Shown here in pieces: positions 1 to 12,725 of a stretch of 64,000 nt of DNA (positions within the stretch are counted from its first letter, which is position 1; every line of letters starts with the position of its first letter). The stretch is taken from NCBI RefSeq assembly GCF_006345805.1, contig NC_043009.1, positions 17,174,001 through 17,238,000 of the forward strand. Reading direction: 5' to 3'. The notes below the pieces were generated by a model. The model saw nothing but the letters and a program-made list of their open reading frames with translations, ran no database searches and was not told the DNA's origin. This stretch comes from Octopus sinensis (taxonomy: Eukaryota). Both the position numbers and the translations under genes were made by a program.

Positions 1-129
1 AATCCATCTAAGAGAAGGAAAATACTGATTCTAAACTTCTGCTGCCTTGCAGCCCCAGCCAGCAATGGGAAAGGCTTTCGGAATAATCCTGAGGCAGTTC
101 AATGTTGTTATCTACTTCCTAGTTCTGAC

Positions 130-600
130 AGCTCCTGCACTGATACCAGTTCCAAATTGGTCATGATGTTCCTTTGGATCCATCAGTGAAAAATGTCAAG
201 TATGTCCTTCAGAGTCACTCTAAGTTCAACCACAATGATTGTTTTTGGCACTTCTGGAGAGCAGGAACAAGTCTGGATGGAACAATGTTACTGTTGCCAC
301 CTGTTCTAAAAAAGACAGGTCTACCCTTGTGATCTCTCACAGCTGCTTTTGCTTTAGGAACATTGTTTCTTTCCCTAAGAAACCTGATGCCTTTGGGTGA
401 TGATGGCTGCTCCATATTGGCTTTAAACCTCTGCTGGGCTATCCACTTAACAATTTCTGTAAGGATCTTGTTGTGCTTCCACTTGTATTGGACTAGGGCA
501 TCCAGTCAAAGTATGGTTCAGGATGCAAAGAGTTGCTCCACACTGCTGTCAGGATGGGTCTTCTTTGTGTTAGATTTTAAGGTTATTTGGTGTTGACAAG
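130..600 (-). mobile_element. Degenerate C-terminus of an RLE non-LTR retrotransposon, HERO/NeSL-like
   Basis: Minus-strand frames with frameshifts give TPNNLKI*HKEDPS*QQCGATLCILNHTLTGCP..YKWKHNKILTEIVKW (CCHC knuckle region) and PDLFLLSRSAKTIIVVELRV (PD..E endonuclease). Clade assigned from remembered motifs. Confidence 0.65.
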
Positions 601-1959
601 AGGTCAACCCCAAATAACACACAGGAGGAAGGACAATTATTTCTGGTTACTACTTCAGAGTTCTTTCCAGGACGGTTATCACTAACGCATGTAATCATCA
701 ACTGATGATATGCTTGATAATCAATTTAATTACTGATTATAGATTATTGAAACATACATGAAGTATTTGTAATCAATAATTTGTTTTCTGCTTCCTTCTT
801 TTATACACACATACACACACACACACACACATAGTAATTCATTTCTTGGATGTAACCCTTGATTTGGGCACAGGTTCATATAGGCCCTACTGCAAACAGA
901 ACAAAAGGTTGTTACTCTTCCTCACAGCCTCCTGCCATCCACTATTAGTATTTTAAAACTTTGTAAAGGGAGTCAGTGGGAAGATGTTGAATCTATCCTC
1001 CAGCAAAGGGGTCTTCAACACAGTGGTCTCCCATTATAACAAGGCTCTGGTAGCCTGCAGGTTCAAAGACAGCCTCACTTACATGCCCAGCCCTAACACC
1101 TGCAAGAGACAGTGCCACTGAAGAGTCATGTGGTTTCCACACCACCATCAATTTTTCACTCATTATGAAAATCTGGATGAGAAGGATCTTCCTTAGATTA
1201 ACTGATAAACATTTTACACTGGATCATAGGGGCAAGGTACTCATGTAGGATTTACAGTGAGTGCCCAGTAACTGGTCATTCAGCATGGAAGCCATGGTCT
1301 ATGAAACAGAAATGGGGTTGACCAATATCAATAGAGCAACAGAAATATGTTGGGGTAATGGAAGGCCCTTACAAGGCCAGATTGAATAATCAGAATTCCT
1401 CATTTAGAATCCAAGAGAGGCACAATGTTATAGTTGTAGCCAGCTATATATGACAATTAAATCAACTAGAAGTTTTTGGAGTGTTCTTGGCCATTTTCAA
1501 GTCCTATCATGTTTGTCTTTTTATACCCCAACAGCTACACTGCCAACTTGAACAATATTGCCAGAAAGTGTTGAAATTGTGATGTGTGGTCAACAACTTC
1601 AGAGAAATTGAGCTTGTATGCATGTGATGTATTTTTCTGCTTATCTGTAAATTCCTTTGTCATTCCCTTGTGTGACATTTTCGCTCATATATATGTAATA
1701 CATACACAGACATCTCAAGAATAAATAGACAGCCTTCATTATATTGTTTCATATATGCAGACATTACTTTGTACTTCAAACTTGTTAATGCATTGTGCAC
1801 AAAGCATGCCTGCTTAATACTAGATTAAGTATTTAAATGTATTGAATGATATTTTGTTTCTCTCCAAAATGATTCTGTCTCTATACCTTAAAGATGCTCG
1901 TGTATATATATTAGTGTATGTATATTTATGTATGCATGCATACATATATATGGCCAGTG

Positions 1960-2165
1960 CCAGTGCCACATAAATGGCATCTGTGCCAGTGACACGTAAA
2001 AGACACCCAGTACATTCTGCGGAGTGGATGGCATTAAGAAGGGCATCCAGCCATAGAAATGAAGCCAAGCCAGACTGGAGCCTGGTGCAGCACTCTGGCT
2101 TACCAGTTCCAGTTAAACCATCTGACCCATGATAGCATGGAAAATGGATGCTAAATGATGAGGAT
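1960..2165 (+). mobile_element. RTE-tailed repeat (3' UTR/SINE-like copy, here called family D)
   Basis: gtgccagtgacacgtaaaagacacc ... aagaagggcatccagccatagaaa ... acccatgatagcatggaaaatggatgctaaatgatgagg; same motifs and (GAT)n tail as the copy joined to the RTE ORF at 15225-16138. Confidence 0.75.
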
Positions 2166-2245
2166 GATATATACACAAATACATGGTTATTAGTGTGTGT
2201 CTATATCTATATGTATGTAAGTATGTGTGTCTATTTGAATATATA

Positions 2246-2495
2246 GAGGTGTGTGGATTAGTGGTTAGAGTGTTGAACTCATGGTCATGAGATTGTGGTT
2301 TCAATTCCTGGATTGGTCAATGCATTGAGTTCTTGTACAAAACACTTTGTCTCACGTTGCTCCAGTTCAATGAGCTGGCAAAAGTAAGTAACTCAGTGAT
2401 GGATCAACATACTGTCCAGGTAAGGATGTGTACATATATACCATAGAGTTTGGGAAATCAGCCTTTTGGGTCTATGGATCAGAGAGGACCTTTGA
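2246..2495 (+). mobile_element. tRNA-derived SINE, family B (diverged)
   Basis: Pol III A/B-box-like head (tggattagtggtt...ggtttcaattcc); collinear with the copy at 6534-6765. Confidence 0.75.
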
Positions 2496-2650
2496 TCTTT
2501 TTTTTATGTTTAAATGTATGTATGCACATATATATTTACATATTGATACTGGAGCAGAAGCTAACATCAAAATATAAAACCTTAAATAATATAAAAGATC
2601 TCTATAAAGGAAGAAAATTTTAAGAGCTTTTTTTATGAATGAGATTTCAC

Positions 2651-2806
2651 CTGTACAGTGTTCCTTTCCAAACCTGTCTCTAATAAATCCTGATGCACAA
2701 AAACAGTCCTCAACGGATGTGCTGCCAGCGTCAGCTGTGAATGAATCTGTTGGACAACGTTGACAACCTGTATCATTTACACTTCGATAACTATCATGTG
2801 GACATT
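2651..2806 (-). CDS. Exon H: second ephrin-receptor-like / GCC2-GCC3 module; gene continues beyond the left edge
   Basis: Acceptor ggttttctttcag, donor AG|gtgaaa, 156 nt, phase 1-1. KCPHDSYRSVNDTGCQRCPTDSFTADAGSTSVEDCFCASGFIRDRFGKEHCT. No stop codon or further exon recognised in 1-2650. Confidence 0.9.
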
Positions 2807-3650
2807 CTGAAAGAAAACCAACAGAGGTGTGTTTAAATCGGAAGGATTAACCATTTTGTTTAGTCTTTATATAAAGTTTCTGCATGCTAAAGACAATAAC
2901 ACCGAGGAAAAAAATTTTATAGTAGTTCATTCCCAGAAGAAATATTGTGCTTATTAATTTACTATTTTCATCATCAGTTTCTTCATCAAGTCATTTTTTA
3001 CCACAAGTCAATGAGGGAGATTCTACAAGGTTGTACAACTTGCTAGAAATTGCAGCCATATTATCCCTCTTCCTTCAGATCACACTCAGACATCTTAAAA
3101 AAAGGAGGAACATAAAGAATCTAGTCATGTCTGGAATAAGACATGCTGGCTATGGCTAGAAGACCTTTGTTTTAAATCATAAAATACGTCTTCCTAATCA
3201 GAGATTATTAGGAGAAGGAGAAGGACCACTGCCACCCACATCACCCTCACCACCAAGTTTACAAGGATGAATCTGGTCCTCTATGGACACTGTATGCCCC
3301 ACCAACAAGTCTCTCAGCAAACGTAATATATAAGGGCTGAGCATTTCTTTCAGTACTGTCAGCTTCCCACAACAAAACTCTTATCTGTGTCCAGTGTATT
3401 TTAAAAGAAGCTACTAGAAACCTTTTGTGTAAAGCAGCAAGGACCAGAAAAACAGTGGGTTTTGAGCCTTTAACTACAGCACCAATAGCAGTCCTATTAT
3501 CAGCATCACTGAGTTCACATTTATATATTTAAGGATACATACCACAGAAAGACAAAATGGAATAAGTAGAACAAGGGGAGAAACACAGGATAGAGAATCA
3601 CTGAAGCGGTCACAGGACATGTGATGAAAGAGCTTTGACAAAGAAACTAA

Positions 3651-3652
<2 letters not shown>

Positions 3653-3733
<81 letters not shown>

Positions 3734-3745
3734 TAATAATAATAT
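3653..3745. repeat. (ATA)n microsatellite
   Basis: About 30 near-perfect ATA units. Confidence 0.95.
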
Positions 3746-4450
3746 GACCATCCCCAAGTATAACAATATCTGTTTCAATACACAATTTCACATCAAGAAT
3801 CTTGAGAAACAAATACATAAATCATCATCATCCTCATTGTTTAACGTCCGTTTTCCATGCTGGCATGGGTTGGACATGATATTTAATTTTGTTTGAGATT
3901 TGAATTTCTTACACCTCCATCAATTCAGTTATTGATTTAATCCTCATCCAATACTATAACATTTGGTCTGAAATAGAGTCATTTTAATTTTCTGTGAAAT
4001 GGAGAATCATTCTAATTTGCAATGTGAAGGAATGAAGATTTTAGAAAATAACAGTTATAAAATTTCTTGTTCTTACACAGAAGTTTAATACTGATATTAG
4101 AAATTCAACAATGCCTTTCCCCAAACCCTTGGACTATGGAAAATGAAATTAACTTATAATACATACTTTCAACAAAATAAATCTAATATAATATAGTGAA
4201 GGCTTTGGAAGGAGCCAAAAAGTTGTAATTAATCTAAATGGCACCAGCAGAGAAAAGAAAATAAAAAAATAAAATTATTAATTTTGTTCAAGAGAGACAA
4301 GGGAGGCAACTCTGAAATTGAAATTAATTTAAACTAATTAATTATACAATATAGTGTGGAGTGATCAGCATCATCACTGTCACGATAATGATGATGATGA
4401 TGATGAAGAAGGAGAAGAAGATGATGCATTGTGTTCTACCAAACCACAAT

Positions 4451-4665
4451 TTACTCTTTACTCTTTTACTCTTTTTCTTGTTTCAGTCATTTGACTGCAG
4501 CCATGCTAGAGCACCGCCTTTAGTCGAGCAAATCGACCCTGGGACTTATTCTTTGTAAGCCCAGTACTTATTCTATCGGTCTCTTTTGCCGAACCGCTAA
4601 GTGATGGGGACGTAAGCACACCAGCATCGGTTGTCAAGCAATGCTAGGGGGACAAACACGGACAA

Positions 4666-4706
<41 letters not shown>

Positions 4707-4870
4707 CGACGGGCTTCTTTCAGTTTCCGTCTATGAAATCCACTCACAAGGCTTTGGTCGGCCCGAGGCTATAGCAGAAGACACTTGCCCAAGATGTCAC
4801 GCAGTGGGACTGAACCCGGAACCATGTGGTCGGGATGCAAGCTACTTACCACACAGCCACTCCTACGCCT
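4451..4870 (-). mobile_element. tRNA-derived SINE, family A, full length
   Basis: Reverse complement matches 12941-13362 throughout (tRNA-like head, cttgggcaagtg core, internal (TA)/(TG) tract, (gagtaaaa)n tail). Confidence 0.9.
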
Positions 4871-4994
4871 GTAGGCCACTTTTTTACTACAACATAGTGG
4901 ATGCAGTTGTCATGAACAGAAGGGATTCTGTAAGTGGTTTTCCATCTCATTCTAACAGGACAGTGCAACTAATACTGTGTTCAAGAAGGAGACT

Positions 4995-5010
4995 ATGAGA
5001 GAGAGAGGGA

Positions 5011-5066
<56 letters not shown>

Positions 5067-5100
5067 GAGAGAGAGGAGAAGGACAGACAGACAGACAGAT
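4995..5100. repeat. (GA)n / (GACA)n microsatellite
   Basis: Direct observation. Confidence 0.95.
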
Positions 5101-5368
5101 GGACAGTGAGAGAAGTGGGATGGGATCAAACTCAGTATTTGACTGGTCATTTATTTTCCTAATATTTGAAAGATGAAAGATAATAATGACCTTGATTGGA
5201 TTTGAACTCAGAATGTGTAAGGTGGTGCAAAAAATGCAAGGCATAGATTAAATACTCCAAACATAATTTCCAATTCACCAACCATACATAGTATTTGGGC
5301 CCTGCACTCAGTAAAAGAATGTCTGTCTAGGCTCAGGGTTTATAATTCTATCAATATTTTATTTCACT

Positions 5369-5575
5369 GCTGAAGGTTGCAAGGTGGTAGAATTGTTAGT
5401 ACTTAACAGCATTTGATCTGTCTTTATATTCTGAGTTCAAATTCTACTGAGGCCCCTTTGTCTTTCATTTTTTTGGGGGGGGTCAATAAAATAAGTACCA
5501 GTTGAGCAACTAGGATCAATGTAACTGACTTATCCTCTCCCACTAAAGTGCTGGCCTTGTGCCAAAATATTATTT
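5369..5575 (+). mobile_element. SINE family C (core resembles the Deu/Nin domain, from memory)
   Basis: gaattgttag...ttctgagttcaaatt...ctttcat...ggggtcaataaaataagtaccag...ggccttgtgcc. Further copies at about 33215-33420(-), 36170-36325(-), 40545-40765(-), 48398-48600(+), 53425-53605(-), 58395-58610(+). Confidence 0.8.
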
Positions 5576-6314
5576 CACTGCTTCATCACTTTTGTATCAA
5601 GTTTGTGGGCGAACATCAAGTATTTGCTTATGCTTGTACCTGGAGTCTGCTTCATATGGAAGAAAAAATATCATTTCTGAATGTAATGGAAGTTACTCTA
5701 GTATAGATGTCTTCTCTTTTCTCAAGATAAAGCCAATCTGCCAGGAAACTAGAATAGTATAATATCTCATTGATATTTATTATATCAAAAACTGATGTTA
5801 AGTATAGTTTTAACTCCACTGAGATTTGAACCAAAAAGGCAAGACTATAACTAATATGCCATCATTGGATGATGATGACGATGACACCAACGACGATGAC
5901 AATGATGCCGATGATGATGACAACAATGATGATAGCTAAAAAGCATTCAGCCCAATGTTATCTCAGCCACAGAATGCGATACCTGAACCAGTTTAAAGAT
6001 ATCCTCTCCCTTATTTATGAAATATAAAAGATTTTATAGAGAAATGAAATGGTTAACTAGCAGATACTGGACTGCCAACACATTGATCATAATTTCAAAT
6101 CTGCCATGTTTTATTTGAGACTTTTTAGTTTTTTTCTCAAGCAAGACATTTAATTCTGCATAGCTCACTTCACCTTAATATCAAGAATACAAATCAGTTA
6201 CAAAAGAACTGGTATCCTCTCTGCCATGATGTATTTTAGATAAGCACCTTCTTTATAGAGTACTGTGGTATGCAGAAAGATTTATCAGCTTTTTCCTCAA
6301 AAGTCTATAGGTGT

Positions 6315-6318
6315 GATT

Positions 6319-6401
<83 letters not shown>

Positions 6402-6442
6402 ATATATATATAATATATATATATGTGTGTGTGTGTGGTGTG

Positions 6443-6473
<31 letters not shown>

Positions 6474-6533
6474 TGTGTGTGTGGTGTGTGTGTGTGCGTG
6501 TATGTGTGTGTGCATATATATATATATATATGT
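6315..6533. repeat. Compound (TA)n/(TG)n microsatellite
   Basis: Direct observation; explains ORFs 6265..6573 and neighbours. Confidence 0.95.
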
Positions 6534-6765
6534 GGAGGCACGTGGCTTAGTGGTTAGGGTGTCAGCACCATGATTGTAAGATTGTGGTTTCGATTCCTAG
6601 ACCGGGTGACGCATTGTGTTCTTGAGTTCGTTGTGTTTATTTCCCGTTGCTCCAGTCCACTCAGCTGGCAAAAATATGTAACGCTGCGATGGACTGGCAT
6701 CCTGTCCAGCTGGGGAACACATACGCCATAGAAACCGGGAAACCAGGCCCATGAGCCTGGCTAGG
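6534..6765 (+). mobile_element. tRNA-derived SINE, family B
   Basis: Head ggaggcacgtggcttagtggttagg...ggtttcgattcc, body gatggactggcatcctgtccag...gaaaccgggaaacc. Confidence 0.85.
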
Positions 6766-6839
6766 GTTAGGGCTTATATTTTATATTTTTATATTTATAT
6801 GTATAAAAAAAATTTTTTCACACTTATAATAAATTAAAT

Positions 6840-6950
6840 TCTCTGAAGAGTCCGTGGGGCATCCTTGTTAATGTCTCATTTATACCTGCCTTATATGGAT
6901 TATAGGTTAAATGAGGCATACTTGCCCTTACGGATGAAACAGCTGTCAGA
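6840..6950 (+). ncRNA. Hammerhead ribozyme motif (type I, minimal/palindromic stem III, long stem II)
   Basis: CTGAAGA 6843-6849; stem II 6850-6861 pairs with 6923-6935 and extends by a 12-bp helix 6871-6882/6908-6919; GAAA 6936-6939; palindromic ACAGCTGT 6939-6946; GTC 6945-6947; stem I TCT 6840-6842 with AGA 6948-6950. Activity untested. Confidence 0.75.
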
Positions 6951-7571
6951 TATGATATAATTATATATTATATTTTATATTTTATATTTCTATTTCCTTG
7001 TCTAATTATATTTACTATATATTTTGTATAATGCCTTTACTGTTATGTAATGGTGTAATAAAGTATTGATTGGGTATCATCTGATGGTTGATGTTTGATT
7101 GATTTAAGTATGTTTTCTCCATTTTCTAATTTTGTTATATATATATATATTCCTGAAATAAATGTGCTTTAAAACAAATATTAGAATGGCTTAAAATCAT
7201 TTTAGCCTCAACTATAACACATTGAAGTGTAACTAACACCTACTTTCCAGCTAAGTAGTTTGAGAGAAACAATATATCTTGCTTAAGGACAACTACAGAA
7301 ATAGTTTCAATAACAAGTCTTCATCAAAAATATGTTATGTTATAATATCATCCAAGGTGAAACTGAACTTGTAGTTCTTGCCATCTAAATAGATCTATGT
7401 TAACTTAAAATTTACTTTTGGGGACATGATTTTATGATCAACATCATAAATTTCATCATCTGGATGCTGTACTCAGGATACTTTTCATAAAAAGAAAGAT
7501 TATACAGTGTCAAAAAAAAAAAAAACTATAATACTAAATAGCAATAAAACAAAAAAATAACAAACACTTAC

Positions 7572-7694
7572 TGCTACAGGATGTTCCACTTGACACTTGG
7601 TAGCCACTGGGACAATCACATTGATAAGAACCAGGAATATTAATGCAGATATGGGAACAGCCATGAGTTTTGTTTGAAGCACACTCATCAACAT
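7572..7694 (-). CDS. Exon G: calcium-binding EGF module 6
   Basis: Acceptor tttggtttccag, donor A|gtaagt, 123 nt, phase 1-1. [41 protein letters not shown] (inside supplied ORF 7534..7776). Confidence 0.93.
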
Positions 7695-8249
7695 CTGGAA
7701 ACCAAACGACATTGCAGATATTTATTTTATGTACAATTTCTCTGCAGGTATTATATATAACTGACTTGTATTTCATTAGTTTACAGATCTGGGTCCAAAT
7801 TCCCTATTGACATTTATGGTAATGTAGTGATGGGTTCTACTAAGAGCAGACATGGTTTTAAGCCAATTAGACAGACTTGTTCAAATTGGGCTCCACACCA
7901 AGTGAGGGCCCTGCACACATGGTCGAGTGGAGAATACTATGATGAATTTTTAGTATATCTTTGTGGCCTTTTGGCCAGGACTGGAATGCTACACAAAGCA
8001 TAAAACATCAATCTTCAGTTAATGTAGAATAGAGGACCTCACTGACGATTCTCTATTTGGGCCCAGCACTTCCTAGCACCAGCCCTGACTAGTAGTAATA
8101 TTTATTATCCAAGTTCGTATCATGAAATCAATGACATTAAAAAAGAAAATATTAGAGTAAAATTAAAGGATTGTGCTTAAATGGGCAGCCTCTTCACAAC
8201 AATACACACACACACACACACACACACTACATAGATGCAGACATGGATA

Positions 8250-8715
8250 TATGATTAAGCTGACTTTGCAATCACATGACCTCAGGTTAAGCTTGATTTG
8301 TATTGCACCTTGAGTAAGTGTCTTCCACTTGTCTCAGACCAAATAACACCTTGGAGCTGCGAGACATAAAAATTTATAGAAGCTTGTCATGTGCATCTGT
8401 ACATGTGTATATGCATGTGTGCATGAACATGCATACATGCATGAGTGTGCATGTGTCTTTGTGCAGAAATGTCATTTGCTCTTCTCCACATGAGACCATC
8501 TAAGCATAAAACATTGATGTCACATTTACAGTCTCTGTGAACAATATATCTTGTACTTATGTGCTTTTGAAGTTAAGTGGGAAAAAAAAGTCCCTTAGTA
8601 GAAAAACTCATAAAAGTTGGTGACAGGAAGAGCATCTGGTCATAAAATACTACTTCAAATAAGTTCTCATCTAACCCATGCCAGTATGAAAAGAACGAGG
8701 GTAAAATGAACGAAC
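8250..8715 (+). mobile_element. Old composite SINE: family-A-like head/core with a family-D-like 3' end
   Basis: caccttgagtaagtgtcttc core, internal microsatellite, then caggaagagcatctgg...ctaacccatgccagtatgaaaa; same layout as 29655-30060. Confidence 0.6.
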
Positions 8716-8959
8716 TGCAAGCTAAGGAAATACATAAAATTTACATGGAGGTTAAGCAAGTGAACTAATACTTATACATGGTAACTATCCACATTATGGA
8801 GAACTGAAGTGCAGAAAGGTAACCCAGGACGTTGAACTCTTCAGATGAGATGATAAAGAACCAAGATACCTGGTGCCTTGTTGTACCCAAGATGACTTGT
8901 TCTCTTCGCAGCAGAGACCACATCCCCTGGTGAAGAGGATTGGCTTGCAAGAATCCTGT

Positions 8960-9210
8960 ACTGGAACCACATAAAAAGCACTTGTGCCTTTGCCACGTAA
9001 GAGCACTTGTCCCAGTGCAACAGTAAAAGCACCAACCACACACTGTAAAGTGGTGTCGTTAGGAAGGGCATCCAGCCATAGAAACCATGCCAAATCAGAT
9101 TAGGACCTGGTGTAACTATCCACCTTGGCAGCTCCAGTCAAACTGTCCAAACCATGCCTGCATGGAAAATGGACATTAAAGGATGATGATGATGATGATG
9201 ATGATGATAA
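8960..9210 (+). mobile_element. RTE-tailed repeat, family D
   Basis: Three short cac(r)taaaagcac units, aggaagggcatccagcc motif, ccatgcctgcatggaaaatggacattaaag(gat)n tail. Confidence 0.8.
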
Positions 9211-9948
9211 CGGTGAATGAATGTATCTTTCCAAGGGGATGTTATGCAGTACTATATATGACAATATATGAACTTTCAATTTTTTATCTGAAATAGGTTA
9301 CATTCTCAACTCAGCCAGTAGTACTGGTTTGTTTAGATATCATTAATTCCTCTTTCTTCAAATACAACCGTAGCAAGAACAGCATTAATGACAACCTCAC
9401 CATCATCACCATCCCTATCTCAGACTACATAGAACTGGTTGAATAAACAAGGGAATTCCTGCATGGTCACTTGACCTGCTAGAAACAGCAGTCATGTTTC
9501 CTTCAAACTGCACACTATTGTATTAAAAATGGGAAAAAAACACATGGATTAATATAGTTCTAGGCAAACATAAAATACAGAATGGTTATGGCTGAAATGC
9601 ATCTGAATATAGGCCATTCAGTTGATCAGGGTTTAATCATTGGAGACAACTGGTTACAAGCACAAATCTTGGTATGAAATGGCATTTTATCTTGTAGTTA
9701 ATATTATCCACCCAAAATACCTAATATTCTTGAAGCAAATGAAAGATCTGTGATATGGTCACTCAACATGACAGGAAAACATCCCTTCGATGGCTTGACT
9801 GCCATCTTAGAAAAGGAAAGACACATTTGATGATCTTATATGTGATTGAGAAATAAGATGGAACAGTTATGCCTGGAATGTCTTGGAGTCTAGGTTTGAT
9901 TAACAGGAATGATCTGTGACTAAGTTGCAACAGCACTAATATTCCTAC

Positions 9949-10071
9949 CTTGGCAGGTGTATCCGTCTTCACTTAGGGTATATCCAGTCATACAGTAACA
10001 ACGGTAAGAACCCTGTGTATTCTCGCAGGCCTGGTGGCAGATACTTCTATTCAGGAAACATTCATTGATAT
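9949..10071 (-). CDS. Exon F: calcium-binding EGF module 5
   Basis: Acceptor ttctaatttcag, donor AG|gtagga, 123 nt, phase 1-1. DINECFLNRSICHQACENTQGSYRCYCMTGYTLSEDGYTCQ. Confidence 0.93.
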
Positions 10072-10340
10072 CTGAAATTAGAAAGCAAAAATAATATTGC
10101 TCATTACATAAACCATAAGAGCTGCAATAAGTGTGTCGGAGAGGGTTTGTTTCTCATTTGACACACTGATCTATCCACCCAAGAGAGAGTTGGTTGTCAC
10201 CTGAGACTCAACAAACTCTACAAAGAGAACAAGCACAGCATGCTTTACATCACCAGGAGCTGCTCACACACAGTCCATACCCACAGACCACTAATACAAA
10301 GAATCAAACATACTGAAAATGAAAGACTATCCAAACTAAC

Positions 10341-10680
10341 ACAAATGGACATGCTTACAAAATCAAAAAAACAACACAGTACCCATGACTTTCAGAAATA
10401 TTTTTTATTCACACACAGAATCGTTAAGGCATGGAATAAACTATCGGCATCTGTTGTTAGCAGTCAAGACACTACACCCTTCAGAACTTCCATGCTTCTT
10501 GAAATTTGCCAACAATATACCTGATGTCCCACCACACCTGTTTTTTTCTTTTATATAGATTTATTCACTGTTCACTTCCTGTGCACATTCTATATACTGT
10601 TCATGTAATTTTTGTTACTTTTTCTGATGAGTTGTAGTGCACCTGTGCACTGTATACAATAAATTCCTTATCATTATTGA
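10341..10680 (+). mobile_element. CR1-like LINE 3' end
   Basis: ORF end ...KQHSTHDFQKYFLFTHRIVKAWNKLSASVVSSQDTTPFRTSMLLEICQQYT*, then a 3' UTR with stem-loop agtgcac-ctgt-gcact and an aataaa/(att)n tail. Confidence 0.75.
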
Positions 10681-12725
10681 AGAGAAACCATTTGTTACTG
10701 TAGTGAAATCTCCAACTTTCACTGTATCTGGCCCTGTGTGTGCAATTACCCCTTTAACACACAGACTCATCTGCAATTCCACCTTCTTACAACACCGCCC
10801 TAATACATTCCTTCCTAAATCATGCAAACAAACATAAAAAGCATATATGAAGGAAAATAAAAGCAATGTTAATAACACCAAACAAAGTCCTGGGACATAC
10901 ACAATTACTGGTACATCATTCTCCCATTGAGTCCACCTCATCCACTTCCTCTGTTATGACCACAGGAGCCTACAGGTGCTGCACACATTCACACATTCAT
11001 TGTACAGAGAGAAAAGTTCAACACATTCAGTCACATTGTCCTCTCTACAATAAACCATTGTATATCAGGCAGTAGAATGTTTGTTAACTTGTAGGGCAAT
11101 AGTATATCTGGAACAACAGCCATAGTCTCATATAAATTGAATCAAGGAAATATTATCCCACAGGGAGAGATCAGAGGCAGATGGGTTGAATTGGGCAAGT
11201 TCAGAGAATATAACACTACAGACAAAATACTCGTTAGGAACAGATTGGCAACACCCAACTATGGCTGTCTGGTCTTTAGTGTTTAATTAGCTTTGCTATG
11301 ACAATGATGACAGCAACAATTACAACAACTGTTTGATTGTGCCTACTTATTTGATCAACATTCTATGTCTGCTTGATGCAAGTTGACCAAGGGTTAAACA
11401 AGGACATGCAATGCACAACTAGATTTTGTCTTCTTTATTTGTACCACTACTATTCTAAAATTTCCAAACTAATGCTGATCTCACCTAAAACCTGATAAAC
11501 AACAGCTGCTGCTACTGCTGCTACTGCTGCTGCTCACTCTTTTGATTCCTTTTTTGTCTTCATCTCCCTTGCCACAAGATCTGTTGCTATCACTAGCAGA
11601 GCCTCCTCAACATCCCCTTGTATAGTGTGATCAACATCAGACCCCAAACAAAATATTTTACCCAAACCTCTTTTTAAGAGAAGCATATTGTTTTGGAAAT
11701 CCTTCCTAACCTATTTTCTTTCTATGTATTAACTTATGGCAATTCTAAACGAACCAAAGGAAGAGAATCATCAGAATGTATAATCCAAGGATTGTGTCCA
11801 TGTGAATCAGATTGGAAATAAAATCTTAGCTGTATATTGCTGTATGGTTAGCTGAGGTAAGGACTAACAGTTTGTGTAATACTCTTTATTGAAAAAGAAA
11901 GGGGAACGATATTCATTTCTGCAAAATATTCTCTATTCCAACTGCACAGCAACATACTTCTTCAATTAACCATATCTAGTTTATCGCCAGCCCCTAGTAT
12001 CATTTTCTGCTTCCCTTGCTTATGCTAACATATAAGCTGAAAATCTTTTAGTAAGCCTCTCAACTACTTACCAATCTTAATAGTTTTAATATGAAATGCT
12101 ATATAGAGTGACATGATTAGCTACAATAGATGTCTTACAGTTGGAATATCAATCACTAAGGCATGAAATAGGATCAATACTTAGCTTTCAACAAGGTAGA
12201 ACCTTGTTTACTCGCTTGTAGTAGTTAGATCAAACCAGTTTTTTAACCAGTGTTATTGGGAAAGGCCTGACCATCACAATTTAGCATTTCCCATAATTAC
12301 TTTTATTTGTAATTTAGAAATCATTTCACTTGGTATGTCATAACATAAATAGCCATTGTCATATAAATTGAATCAAGGAAATATTATCCCACAGGGAGAG
12401 ATCAGAGGCAGATGGGTTGAATTGGGCAAGTTCAGAGAATATAACACTACAGACAAAATACTTGTTAGGAACAGATTGGTAACACCCAACTATGGCTGTC
12501 TGGTCTTTAGTGTTTAATTAGCTTTGCTAAGACAACTATTGTAATATACTGTAATGATTTTGCAATTCTACCTTGTCCTTTAAATGCATGAGTGAAATAA
12601 CTGAGTAGTTTTAGTATAGTATAACCAGCTCAGAGCCATCCAGTAGATATGGGTTTGTATAACCAGCTCAAATAATACTTGGTACTATATAACTAGCACA
12701 TAAGATATTAGAGAAGCAGCTTAAA

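Noticed and set aside
702-760. CTGATGA...GAAACATAC with an internal hairpin
   Set aside because: The base of stem II does not pair and there is no valid cleavage triplet or stem I; possibly a very old remnant but not supportable.
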